Assembly (NCBI GenBank): GCA_039698055.1
Contig: JBDKTL010000007.1
Span: 32,001-96,000, forward strand
Length of the DNA stretch: 64,000 bases
Source: Methanoregula sp.
Lineage (GTDB): Archaea; Halobacteriota; Methanomicrobia; Methanomicrobiales; Methanospirillaceae
Direction: 5' to 3'
In this document: one piece after another, positions 54,143 through 64,000 of the stretch
Layout: every line of letters begins with the position of its first letter
Position numbering within the stretch: the stretch's first letter is position 1
The notes under the pieces: generated by a model
Databases searched by the model: none
What the model saw: only the letters and a program-made list of their open reading frames with translations
Told to the model about the DNA's origin: nothing
Program-made: the position numbers and the translations under genes

Positions 54143-55323
54143 TCTTCTGGGAGATTGCAAAAAGGAATACCAAAATCCACATGCTCCGCTCGTTTCTTGC
54201 GATGCTTGGGATCGTTATCGGGGTAGTTGCAATTGCCACGATGGGCATTCTCGGGAACAGCATGGTGCTTGCGGTCACCGACAGTCTCCGGTCTGTTGGC
54301 GACAGCGTGATCGTAACCCCGCATGTCGGTGGTGGAAATGCATTTGGCGGTAGCGGGGTAAGTGCCGCAAACCTCAAAATTTCCGAACAGAATTTCGAGC
54401 AGATCAAACGTGCTTCCGCGCCAAATATAGCGATACCCGTTCTCCAGACGTCAGACCGGATGAAACTGGGTGTTGGGGGAGATGATATTGTCGCTGCGGT
54501 CTATGGCATCAATCCCGAAGATGTGCCTGACCTCCTGAAGTTAAAAGAGGGGGGATACAGCCGGGCAAACTCCGGGTGCCTTGTCGGGGCAAAATTTGCC
54601 GATGACAACAATGTCAAGGTCGGCTCACGGATCTCTATTGGCCCCGACGGGGACAAGGGAACCCTGCGGGTGACCGGTATTATCGAGGAGCGGGGAATGG
54701 CGTTTGACGTCAGCACCGATTCTGCGATTGTGGTGACCAAAGACTGGTTTGACAATGCATACAACCGCAATGATTACGACAAGGTAGTCGTGAAAGTGAA
54801 TAACCTCGATGATCTCCCCGTGGTAAAGGTGGCGATTGAAAAACAGATGAACAAGCGCGACAAGATCGTCGATGTGATGGATACCAGAAAGACCATGGAG
54901 ACAATCTTCCAGACATTTGGCCAGATCACGACATTTGTCTCGGCTATCGGGGGGATTTCGATGATCGTCGCCGGTGTTTCCATCCTCAATATCATGATGA
55001 TGTCAGTCACCGAAAGGATCAAGGAGATCGGCATCATGCGCAGTATCGGGGCGCAGAAAAAAGAAGTGATGTCGATGTTCATCTACGAAGCATTGATTCT
55101 GGGTGTCGTGGGAAGCCTGATCGGCGGTTTATTGAGCCTGATCGGAGGATATGCGATCAGCAGCCTGCTTCTCCAGACAACAAAATACCTTTTTGTGCCG
55201 TCAAGCCTGGTCAGCATTGTGTATGGGGTGAGCTTTGGTATCATCGTCTCCCTTGTCTGCGGGCTCTACCCGGCGTGGCGTGCGGCGAACTTAAGCCCCA
55301 TCGATGCCCTGCGACACGAATAA
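54139..55323 (+). CDS. MacB/FtsX-type ABC permease
   Basis: LAMLGIVIG, SVTERIKEIGIMRSIGA, YPAWRAANLSPIDALR. Confidence 0.93.
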   Translation: MIFWEIAKRNTKIHMLRSFLAMLGIVIGVVAIATMGILGNSMVLAVTDSLRSVGDSVIVTPHVGGGNAFGGSGVSAANLKISEQNFEQIKRASAPNIAIPVLQTSDRMKLGVGGDDIVAAVYGINPEDVPDLLKLKEGGYSRANSGCLVGAKFADDNNVKVGSRISIGPDGDKGTLRVTGIIEERGMAFDVSTDSAIVVTKDWFDNAYNRNDYDKVVVKVNNLDDLPVVKVAIEKQMNKRDKIVDVMDTRKTMETIFQTFGQITTFVSAIGGISMIVAGVSILNIMMMSVTERIKEIGIMRSIGAQKKEVMSMFIYEALILGVVGSLIGGLLSLIGGYAISSLLLQTTKYLFVPSSLVSIVYGVSFGIIVSLVCGLYPAWRAANLSPIDALRHE

Positions 55324-55392
55324 TATCCATCCTTTTTTGCCCGAAGATGCTTTAGGGAAATAATTTAACCGGTACCGGAGATACGTTATGCT

Positions 55393-56253
55393 ATGTGTCC
55401 TGCACCGCCGGTGACGGGTGAAGATATTGACTGGAATGAAGTCTGGAAAGCGCGGCAGATCCGGCACGAGTCCGCCCGGCTGTTTGATGATCCCTCCCAT
55501 GACTGGAACAAGCGCGAGAACGCACAGCGGTATGATACCAGCGCAAAGAGCGAATTCGACGAACGGATTAAGACGACTATTGCCGGACTGGACATCTCGA
55601 AAAATTCCCGGGTCCTGGATATCGGTGCCGGGCCGGGCACGCTTGCCCTCCCGCTTTCACCGCTGGTAAAAGAAGTCACCGCGATAGAACCCGGTGCCGG
55701 GATGATAGGTATCCTCAACGAGCATGTGGCAAAAAACCACATCGCGAACATCAGGACCATCCAGTCTCTGTGGGAAGATATCGAGCCTGCACGCGATCTT
55801 AAAGCCCCCTACGATATTGTGATCGCGTCGCTCTCGCTGACGATGGAGGATATCCGCGAATCTCTTACAAAGATGAACGCAGTTGCCAGCCAGTACGTGT
55901 ACCTGTACTGGTTCATGGACTCGCCCTTCTGGGAGCGGATGTATGGCGATCTCTGGCAATCGCTGCACGGGAGCACGTATTATCCCGGGCCAAAGGCTGA
56001 CTGCCTGTGGAATGTTCTCTGCCAGATGGGGATTTATGCAAACGTCGAGATCCTGCCGCTCCGCAAAGAGTACCGGTTCTCCACCCGTGAGGAAATGATT
56101 GAATTTTTCATGAAACGCTTCAACGCGAAAACTCCGGAACAGGAGCGGGGGCTGGTAAAATATATTACGCCGCTGATCCGGGAGGAGGGAAGTGAAGTCG
56201 TCATCTCCGGGGATTCAACGTTTGCGAAGGTGTGGTGGAAAAAGGAGCGATGA
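55393..56253 (+). CDS. Class I SAM-dependent methyltransferase
   Basis: VLDIGAGPGTL, YDIVIAS. Confidence 0.85.
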   Translation: MCPAPPVTGEDIDWNEVWKARQIRHESARLFDDPSHDWNKRENAQRYDTSAKSEFDERIKTTIAGLDISKNSRVLDIGAGPGTLALPLSPLVKEVTAIEPGAGMIGILNEHVAKNHIANIRTIQSLWEDIEPARDLKAPYDIVIASLSLTMEDIRESLTKMNAVASQYVYLYWFMDSPFWERMYGDLWQSLHGSTYYPGPKADCLWNVLCQMGIYANVEILPLRKEYRFSTREEMIEFFMKRFNAKTPEQERGLVKYITPLIREEGSEVVISGDSTFAKVWWKKER

Positions 56254-56305
56254 TGCATTACATCAGGCACGGTCGTTCGGGAGAGAATAAACAGATGATG
56301 TAAAA

Positions 56306-57055
56306 TCATACTGTTATTTCTGGCAATTTCATTACAGTTATTCCGCTGTTGAATTCAACCAATTTTTCCCAGTCGATCTGTCCGTTTACTTTACAAAAAA
56401 TATCCGTGAATTGTCTGGAGAATCGATTGATAAGCATGGAATATTCGTTCATGAACTCTTCATTTTTCTCTTTTGCCTTGTGTCCAAGTGGTTCGATGAT
56501 CTTCTTATAAAAGTCCGGATCTCCGGAAATAAATTCCCAGAACGATTGCCCACATTTTTTTATGTAATCTCCTTTATTCTCACTCCTATCCCTTCCGTAA
56601 CAACATCCATTCACACAAATAATGTTTCGATCTTTGAGGATTTTTCTAGCCTTTTTAAAGGCCGCCTTCATTTCTCTAATCTGACCGCTGTTTCCCCAGT
56701 TGGGACCTGATTTAATGGAAACAAGATATCGAGATCCATCACGGGTGAAATCAAGATCAAGTCCTTCCCCCGGTGTTTTGGAACCCCCATATGTTTTTTC
56801 ACACACAAATTGGGCGAGATCTTCCAAAAAGTCGCCAAACATCGTTTCTTCCTGTGATGAGAGATACGCATCAACAATGCTTCTGATAAAAACCTCAGAT
56901 GTAGTGATGTTCTTTGCTTTGAACAAGTAGGGATTTTTCCTTTTAAGCAATTGAGTTAGCTGAATTTTTTTGATGTTTTTTAATTTCGTCTCATGAAATG
57001 AGCCGATATTTTCATCGACAAATTTTGTTATTTCGTTCAGTGTGAGAGTATTCAT
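56306..57055 (-). CDS. Type II restriction endonuclease (EcoO109I/PmeII-like family)
   Basis: LKRKNPYLFKAK, SSQEETMFG, LDLDF...SIKSGPNWGNS (PD-(D/E)xK-like); AT-rich; follows the methyltransferase. Confidence 0.8.
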   Translation of the reverse strand: MNTLTLNEITKFVDENIGSFHETKLKNIKKIQLTQLLKRKNPYLFKAKNITTSEVFIRSIVDAYLSSQEETMFGDFLEDLAQFVCEKTYGGSKTPGEGLDLDFTRDGSRYLVSIKSGPNWGNSGQIREMKAAFKKARKILKDRNIICVNGCCYGRDRSENKGDYIKKCGQSFWEFISGDPDFYKKIIEPLGHKAKEKNEEFMNEYSMLINRFSRQFTDIFCKVNGQIDWEKLVEFNSGITVMKLPEITV

Positions 57056-57057
57056 CG

Positions 57058-57948
57058 TTACTCCAAAAGTGAATCAACCCTTTCTTTTGCTAATTGACAA
57101 TATTCGGGTTGCGTGTCGATACCGATGAAATGTCGATTATTTTTCTTTGATGCAACAGCTGTCGAACCTGATCCCATAAACGGATCCAACACAACGTCAT
57201 CCTTTGCAGTGAAGAGTTTGATGAACCATTCAGGTAAAGATTCAGGAAACGCGGCGCTGTGCTGCTTGTAACCGCACTCAGTAGCAATATTCAGTACATT
57301 TGTGGGATAAACCATTTCACGTCCAACCCAGTTTGCAATTTTTTTCCCAAAACCACTCTTGGTCTTGGACTCATCGCGGGTAAGATCAGTCTGATTAAGA
57401 TTTTTTAAGCGTGATTTAGACCAGTCACCAACGGGTATCATCACGGCATCCTGAAACATCTTAAATTTTTTTGTTTTGTTAAACTGTAGACAGCGTTCCC
57501 ATGAATCGCGGAATCGATTCGGCCATTTTCCTGGATAGCAGTTCTTCTTTGACCAGATAAATTCCTCAGTCCAGAACCATCCCTGTTTTCGCAATTCAAG
57601 GATTAACTCCAGAACAAAGGTATGCCTCTCACCATCTACCACTCGTTCCTTGATGTTGAGGATAAAAGAGCCATCAGGTTTCAGCACTCGCAAGAACTCT
57701 TTACTTTTCGGTAAAAACCAATCCACGTACTGATCCGGATGTATCCCCCCGTAAGTCTTTTTCCTCTGATCCGCATAGGGAGGCGAGGTCACAATAAGAT
57801 CAATACAATTATCAGGAAACGTCTTGAGAAGATCCTCACAATCTCCGCAAATGATTGTATCCAGTGGGAGTACATTGATTCGATTCAGCACAGTATGTTG
57901 CTGATAAAAATCACTCAGTTTTACGATCTTAATCGAACCAGTACTCAT
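57058..57948 (-). CDS. Beta-class N4-C/N6-A DNA methyltransferase
   Basis: TSPPY precedes DPFMGSGS; HSAAFP; SPPY favours m4C. Confidence 0.92.
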   Translation of the reverse strand: MSTGSIKIVKLSDFYQQHTVLNRINVLPLDTIICGDCEDLLKTFPDNCIDLIVTSPPYADQRKKTYGGIHPDQYVDWFLPKSKEFLRVLKPDGSFILNIKERVVDGERHTFVLELILELRKQGWFWTEEFIWSKKNCYPGKWPNRFRDSWERCLQFNKTKKFKMFQDAVMIPVGDWSKSRLKNLNQTDLTRDESKTKSGFGKKIANWVGREMVYPTNVLNIATECGYKQHSAAFPESLPEWFIKLFTAKDDVVLDPFMGSGSTAVASKKNNRHFIGIDTQPEYCQLAKERVDSLLE

Positions 57949-58023
57949 AGTCAATCTAATGTTACGATTCCTTATTAAAAAAGGTCGTTATGTGGGGGTT
58001 GAAAGTGCTATTCGTTTTGTCTT

Positions 58024-58057
58024 GACCCCACAAAACCTCAATCCCCATACACTCCAT
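58024..58057 (+). repeat. Degenerate relative of the element at 22727
   Basis: GACCCCACAAAACCTCAATCCCCATACACTCCAT versus GACCCCTTCAAACCCACAATCCCCTTCACACTGCAT at 22738. Confidence 0.5.
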
Positions 58058-58100
58058 GTTCCCCAAAAAACTGGACGGTGATCTGTATCCCCCGTACCTC

Positions 58101-59237
58101 TTACTTCCCCAGTCTTCGAATCCTTCCCATCGCTTCTTTTAATTTCTCCATCGACGTCGCGTAGGAAAGCCGGATCCAGCCCGGTGCATAGAACGCACTG
58201 CCGGGCGTCCCTGCCACATGGCCCTGTTCAAGCCAGCGGGTGGCAATCTCCATATCGTCGCCATCTACTTTTACAAACGCGTAGAATGCCCCGTCTGCCG
58301 GTGCCGTCTGGTATCCCATCAGGGCAAGTTCAGAGATGATGTATTTTCGCCGGCGGTCAAACTCCAGCCGCATCTCTTCAACACATCGCTGATCGCCTTT
58401 AAGTGCCGCGACAGCTCCCCACATCGCAAACGTTGTCGCCTGCGAAACCGAGTGCTGCTGCACCTTGGACATCTGCCGGATGATCTCAACCGGTGCCACC
58501 GCATACCCAAGACGCCAGCCGGTCATTGCATATGCCTTTGAAAACCCGTTGATGGTGATCGTCCGCTGCGCCATATCGCCGATACTTGCAAGCGAGATAG
58601 GCTCTTTGCCATATACCATCTTTTCGTAAATCTCGTCGGACATCGCGTAGATATCGTAATCCTCGCAGAGATCCGCAACAAGTTTCATCGACTTGGCGTC
58701 AAAAACGGCACCCGTCGGATTTGACGGTGAATTGACAACGATCATCTTTGTCCGGGCGTTCACCCGGTCAAGCAGGGAATCGTCGAGCTGGAAGGTTTTC
58801 GGGTTGATTGCATGTTTTACGGTTTTTCCCCCGGCAATCTGCACGCACGGCTCATACGACACCCATGCCGGCGTGAGCATGATCACCTCATCGCCCGGGT
58901 TGAGAACCGCCTCCATTCCCTCGTAAATCGCGTCCTTTGCGCCACAAGCGACAATCACCTGCTCGGGTTTGCAGGGGACATGGTTCTCTGTGGTGATCTT
59001 TTCGCTGATCGCCGACAGGAGTTCCGGGATACCGTTGCTTGGCGCATAGTGCGTCTCTCCCCGGTTCAGCGCATCAATACAGGCATCCGTGATATGCCGG
59101 GGTGTATTAAAATCCGGCTCGCCAATAGACAGGCTGATGACATCGATCCCCTCGCGCTGCATCCTTTTTGCCTTATCGGAAATCGCAATGGTCGCCGAGG
59201 GAGCAACCGCCGCGATCTTCTCCGAAAGCGATCTCAT
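58101..59237 (-). CDS. Class I/II PLP aminotransferase (aspartate aminotransferase-like)
   Basis: [31 protein letters not shown]. Confidence 0.93.
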   Translation of the reverse strand: MRSLSEKIAAVAPSATIAISDKAKRMQREGIDVISLSIGEPDFNTPRHITDACIDALNRGETHYAPSNGIPELLSAISEKITTENHVPCKPEQVIVACGAKDAIYEGMEAVLNPGDEVIMLTPAWVSYEPCVQIAGGKTVKHAINPKTFQLDDSLLDRVNARTKMIVVNSPSNPTGAVFDAKSMKLVADLCEDYDIYAMSDEIYEKMVYGKEPISLASIGDMAQRTITINGFSKAYAMTGWRLGYAVAPVEIIRQMSKVQQHSVSQATTFAMWGAVAALKGDQRCVEEMRLEFDRRRKYIISELALMGYQTAPADGAFYAFVKVDGDDMEIATRWLEQGHVAGTPGSAFYAPGWIRLSYATSMEKLKEAMGRIRRLGK

Positions 59238-59653
59238 TTCAATCGCTGGACAAGTTTGATGGCTGATTCAACGGCACGTTTTGCGTAATCGATACGCTCG
59301 TTGGCTTCAAGGCGTGTCATGCCGGGTCCCGAGATGCCAAGCGTTACCGGTTTGCCATATTCAAGTGAAAGATCGATGATCTTCCGTGACGCGTGCTGCA
59401 CGACAATTGCGTCATGACCGGTTGCGCCTTCAATCACGCAGCCGATAGTCACAACAGCGTCTACTTTCCCTGCGGCAAGCATCTTTTTTATCGCAAGCGG
59501 CATGTCGTACGCGCCCGGTACGTAGATGCATTCCGTCACTTCAGCACCAAGGAACGCGGCGTGTTCCCTGCCTTCAATCTCCATCATATACGTGATGTCG
59601 CGGTTAAATTCAGCCACAACAAATCCCAGTTTTATCGGTTTAGTATCACACAT
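59234..59653 (-). CDS. ribH: 6,7-dimethyl-8-ribityllumazine synthase
   Basis: [22 protein letters not shown]. Confidence 0.95.
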   Translation of the reverse strand: MCDTKPIKLGFVVAEFNRDITYMMEIEGREHAAFLGAEVTECIYVPGAYDMPLAIKKMLAAGKVDAVVTIGCVIEGATGHDAIVVQHASRKIIDLSLEYGKPVTLGISGPGMTRLEANERIDYAKRAVESAIKLVQRLK

Positions 59654-59703
59654 AATTGATCAACTCTTTTTTATCGATCCAGATAAAGCCGTACGCTTGT
59701 TAC

Positions 59704-61292
<1,589 letters not shown>

Positions 61293-61346
61293 GTGGATCT
61301 GCCCATACTATATTTATATAGACAGGATATAAGTTTGGATGGCAAA

Positions 61347-61739
61347 ATGGCAGACGTAGCAATAATTTCAGGATCTGCATCCGATGCAAAAATTACCGAC
61401 AAGGTCAAAAAAGTACTTGACGAGAACAAGGTGTCATATGACGCCCAGGTAATATCCGCTCACCGCGACCCCGACAAGCTGGAGGCGTATATCAAGGCAA
61501 GCGACGCAAAAATTTTCATCGCGATTGCCGGCCTTTCCGCAGCCCTGCCGGGTGTCATTGCATCAAGGTCCGACAAACCGGTTATTGGTGTCCCGGTGAG
61601 CGGGACGCTGAATGGCATGGATGCTCTCCTCTCAATCGCCCAGATGCCAAAAGGTGTTCCCGTGGCCTGCGTAGGAGTGGATAATGGCGAGAATGCTGCG
61701 TGGCTGGCAGTCCGGATCCTGAAACTGATGAGATCGTAA
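61347..61739 (+). CDS. purE: N5-CAIR mutase
   Basis: [23 protein letters not shown]. Confidence 0.95.
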   Translation: MADVAIISGSASDAKITDKVKKVLDENKVSYDAQVISAHRDPDKLEAYIKASDAKIFIAIAGLSAALPGVIASRSDKPVIGVPVSGTLNGMDALLSIAQMPKGVPVACVGVDNGENAAWLAVRILKLMRS

Positions 61740-61785
61740 TTCTCACAATCTTTTTTTCTATTCGATAATCAGAAAAACAATATTT

Positions 61786-62511
61786 TCACTTATTGACAGT
61801 CCCCTTTCCGGACTTCCTTCCATGCGGGCAGATATACAGGCACAGGCCGCAGACAGCAACACCCTTGGATCTCTCGATTTCCTTAAAATACCGGTCACAG
61901 GCTGCCGCATCGAATCGTGCCTCCCGCGGTTCATTGGGATCGAACGGTCTGCCGGTAAACGCCTGTTTCGGGCAGATATCCACGCACGCCGTGCATTGAC
62001 CGCACCGGGATTCCATCGCGGAACCGGTCGGTGTAAGTGGGGCATCGGTAAGGATAGTGACCCAGCGGACACGGGACCCGTGATCGGGTGTAACAAGCAG
62101 GCAACTCTTTCCGATCCAACCCATTCCCGCGAGGTGCGCGGCCAGTTTCTGGGAGAAGACACCGCTGATATGTTCATCGTCAGTCCGTTTGGATGCGGGG
62201 ACACAGAACACTGAAAAGCCCTCCTTCTGGACTGCATTTGCCACCCGGAGCGCGATCTGGTCGAGGGCAAGATTAACGACATCATATGCGGTGTGCCGGT
62301 ACAGTATTGCCCCAGCCTTGTCCTTATCCGGCAGGAGGTTGACAATGCTGTCCTGCAAAACCATCCCGATCGCAATTGCCCTCGGGTAATGTGCGACCCG
62401 CTCTCCTCCCTGCGCACGGATGAACTCCTTAGCCAATGAAAGATCGGCTACGCCATAATAGTCCGCTCCAAGGGATCTGACAAGCGCGCTGACCCGTTTA
62501 TCCAGATTCAT
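61786..62511 (-). CDS. QueG/reductive-dehalogenase-like 4Fe-4S protein
   Basis: AAHLAGMGWIGKS, TILTD, CGQCTACVDICP, CGLCLYICP. Confidence 0.85.
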   Translation of the reverse strand: MNLDKRVSALVRSLGADYYGVADLSLAKEFIRAQGGERVAHYPRAIAIGMVLQDSIVNLLPDKDKAGAILYRHTAYDVVNLALDQIALRVANAVQKEGFSVFCVPASKRTDDEHISGVFSQKLAAHLAGMGWIGKSCLLVTPDHGSRVRWVTILTDAPLTPTGSAMESRCGQCTACVDICPKQAFTGRPFDPNEPREARFDAAACDRYFKEIERSKGVAVCGLCLYICPHGRKSGKGTVNK

Positions 62512-62620
62512 ATTGATCGTTCATGTACCGGAAGCATGTCCGGCAATTTCTCAATTTCGGTCGGAGGGATGCTTAAGGGAGAGCGCATGCTCATCACGGA
62601 TCAAAACCAACGTTTTTCCC

Positions 62621-63994
62621 ATGACCAGCCCGGGTGAGAAGCGAATCCTGCTGTTTGTCGCTTCACTCGCTTCATTTCTCGTCCCATACACGGTTTCATC
62701 GCTTACGGTCGCCCTTCCCGCGATCAGCACATCGTTTGGCCTCGATGCCGTTACCCTTGGCTGGGTCACGTCCGCATACCTTCTTACCGCCGCGATCTTT
62801 ATTGTCCCGTTGGGAAAACTTGCCGATATATACGGGAGAAAACGGTTCTTTATCATCGGTAATGTTCTCTTTGCCGCAGGATCGTTTCTTGCTGCGGTTT
62901 CATGGTCGGGTTCCGTCATTATCACCGCCCGGGTCATCCAGGCGCTTGGTGGAGCGATGGTCTTCTCGACCTCGATTGCAATTGTAACTGCTGTCTTCCC
63001 GCACGGCGAGCGGGGAAAAGCAATCGGGATCGTCACCGCAACGGTCTACACCGGCCTTTCCCTCGGGCCATTCATCGGTGGCGTCCTTACCCAGAACATT
63101 GGCTGGCCAAGCATATTCCTCGTAAACATACCCCTCGCTATCATCGTCATCGTACTCACCCTCCTGTACATTCCTGAAGAATGGGCAGAGACCGGCAAAT
63201 CCTGGTTCGACGTCCGAGGATCGATACTGTATGGCGTGATGCTCTTTGGAGCCATTTATGGCCTCACGCTTCTCCCCTCACTGGAGGGGGTTTGCTGGAT
63301 GGTGTCCGGTCTTCTTCTGTTTGTCGCATTTGTATGGTGGGAACGCAGGGTAAAGGAGCCGATTATTGATCTCTCCCTCTTTACAAAGAGACCGGTATTT
63401 CTCTTCTCAAATATCGCCGCCCTTATCAATTACGCGGTCGTCTTTGCCGTCGGGTTCCTCCTCAGCCTGTACCTCCAGTACAACCGTGGCATCGACCCCC
63501 AGACGGTGGGACTGATCCTCATCGCCCAGCCGGTCGTGCAGATGATCATTTCACCGGTTGCCGGCCATGTATCCGACCGGATTGATCCCCGGATCCTCGC
63601 CACCGCCGGCATGGGATGTACGACGCTCGGCCTTGGGGTTCTCATGCTGGTCTCCCCCTCGACATCAATCATCATCATCATTATCGGTCTCCTGATCCTC
63701 GGGTTTGGGTATGGCCTCTTCTCCTCTCCGAACACCAACGCGATCATGAGCTCGGTCGAGGCAAAGCATCTCGGGATAGCCTCCGGAATGGTTGCAACCA
63801 TGCGGGCAATCGGCCAGATGCTCAGCCTTGCCATCGTGATGCTGGTCTTTTCAGCGGTTATCGGGACGGTGCAGATCACGCCGGCCGTGTATCCCCAACT
63901 CCAGCAGAGCATGAACATCGCGTTTGCTGTCTTCTTCGCAATCGGGCTTGTCGGGATCTGGGCGTCCTATGCGAGAGGGAAGACCCACGTCTGA
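62621..63994 (+). CDS. MFS drug:H+ antiporter (DHA2)
   Basis: VALPAI, GKLADIYGRK, GERGKAIG, FSSPNT; ATG at 62621. Confidence 0.9.
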   Translation: MTSPGEKRILLFVASLASFLVPYTVSSLTVALPAISTSFGLDAVTLGWVTSAYLLTAAIFIVPLGKLADIYGRKRFFIIGNVLFAAGSFLAAVSWSGSVIITARVIQALGGAMVFSTSIAIVTAVFPHGERGKAIGIVTATVYTGLSLGPFIGGVLTQNIGWPSIFLVNIPLAIIVIVLTLLYIPEEWAETGKSWFDVRGSILYGVMLFGAIYGLTLLPSLEGVCWMVSGLLLFVAFVWWERRVKEPIIDLSLFTKRPVFLFSNIAALINYAVVFAVGFLLSLYLQYNRGIDPQTVGLILIAQPVVQMIISPVAGHVSDRIDPRILATAGMGCTTLGLGVLMLVSPSTSIIIIIIGLLILGFGYGLFSSPNTNAIMSSVEAKHLGIASGMVATMRAIGQMLSLAIVMLVFSAVIGTVQITPAVYPQLQQSMNIAFAVFFAIGLVGIWASYARGKTHV

Positions 63995-64000
63995 ACGCAG

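Overview
A gene-dense, mostly core-genome stretch of a methanogenic archaeon; the gene set and order suggest Methanomicrobiales (Methanoregula-like), which is an inference. In order it carries: a partial FlaI/PilB-type ATPase divergent from two KaiC/RAD55 ATPases; a lonB-tldD-pmbA-bofA-like proteolysis operon; prs-nob1-gfcR-thermosome; tRNA-Ser(CGA); a cupredoxin and an Lhr-like helicase; a sodium:solute symporter with its small accessory gene; initiator tRNA-Met; purF-rpl37e-lsm; PUA-sepF-ZPR1; purM-lysC; tfrAB; a ~12 kb redox/oxidative-stress region; argC-CBS-argJ-argB; acs and an OFA transporter; trpB2; a Yip1/S-layer-like/MacB ABC operon; an AT-rich type II restriction-modification pair; ribH/ribC with aminotransferases; purE; and an MFS gene. 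No CRISPR array, integrase or transposase was seen. Strongest leads: (1) a ~135 nt multi-stem 5' leader with an alternative pairing, whose closing stem overlaps the ribosome-binding site of the symporter operon (candidate new archaeal cis-regulatory RNA or riboswitch); (2) an A10 run where a -1 shift fuses a thioredoxin-fold gene to an otherwise start-less thioredoxin-CcdA frame; (3) a MITE/REP-like inverted-repeat element that truncates a flavodoxin gene, with a degenerate relative beside the RM system; (4) TrpY TRP-box-like dyads upstream of trpB2. All family calls come from motif recognition, not database searches.
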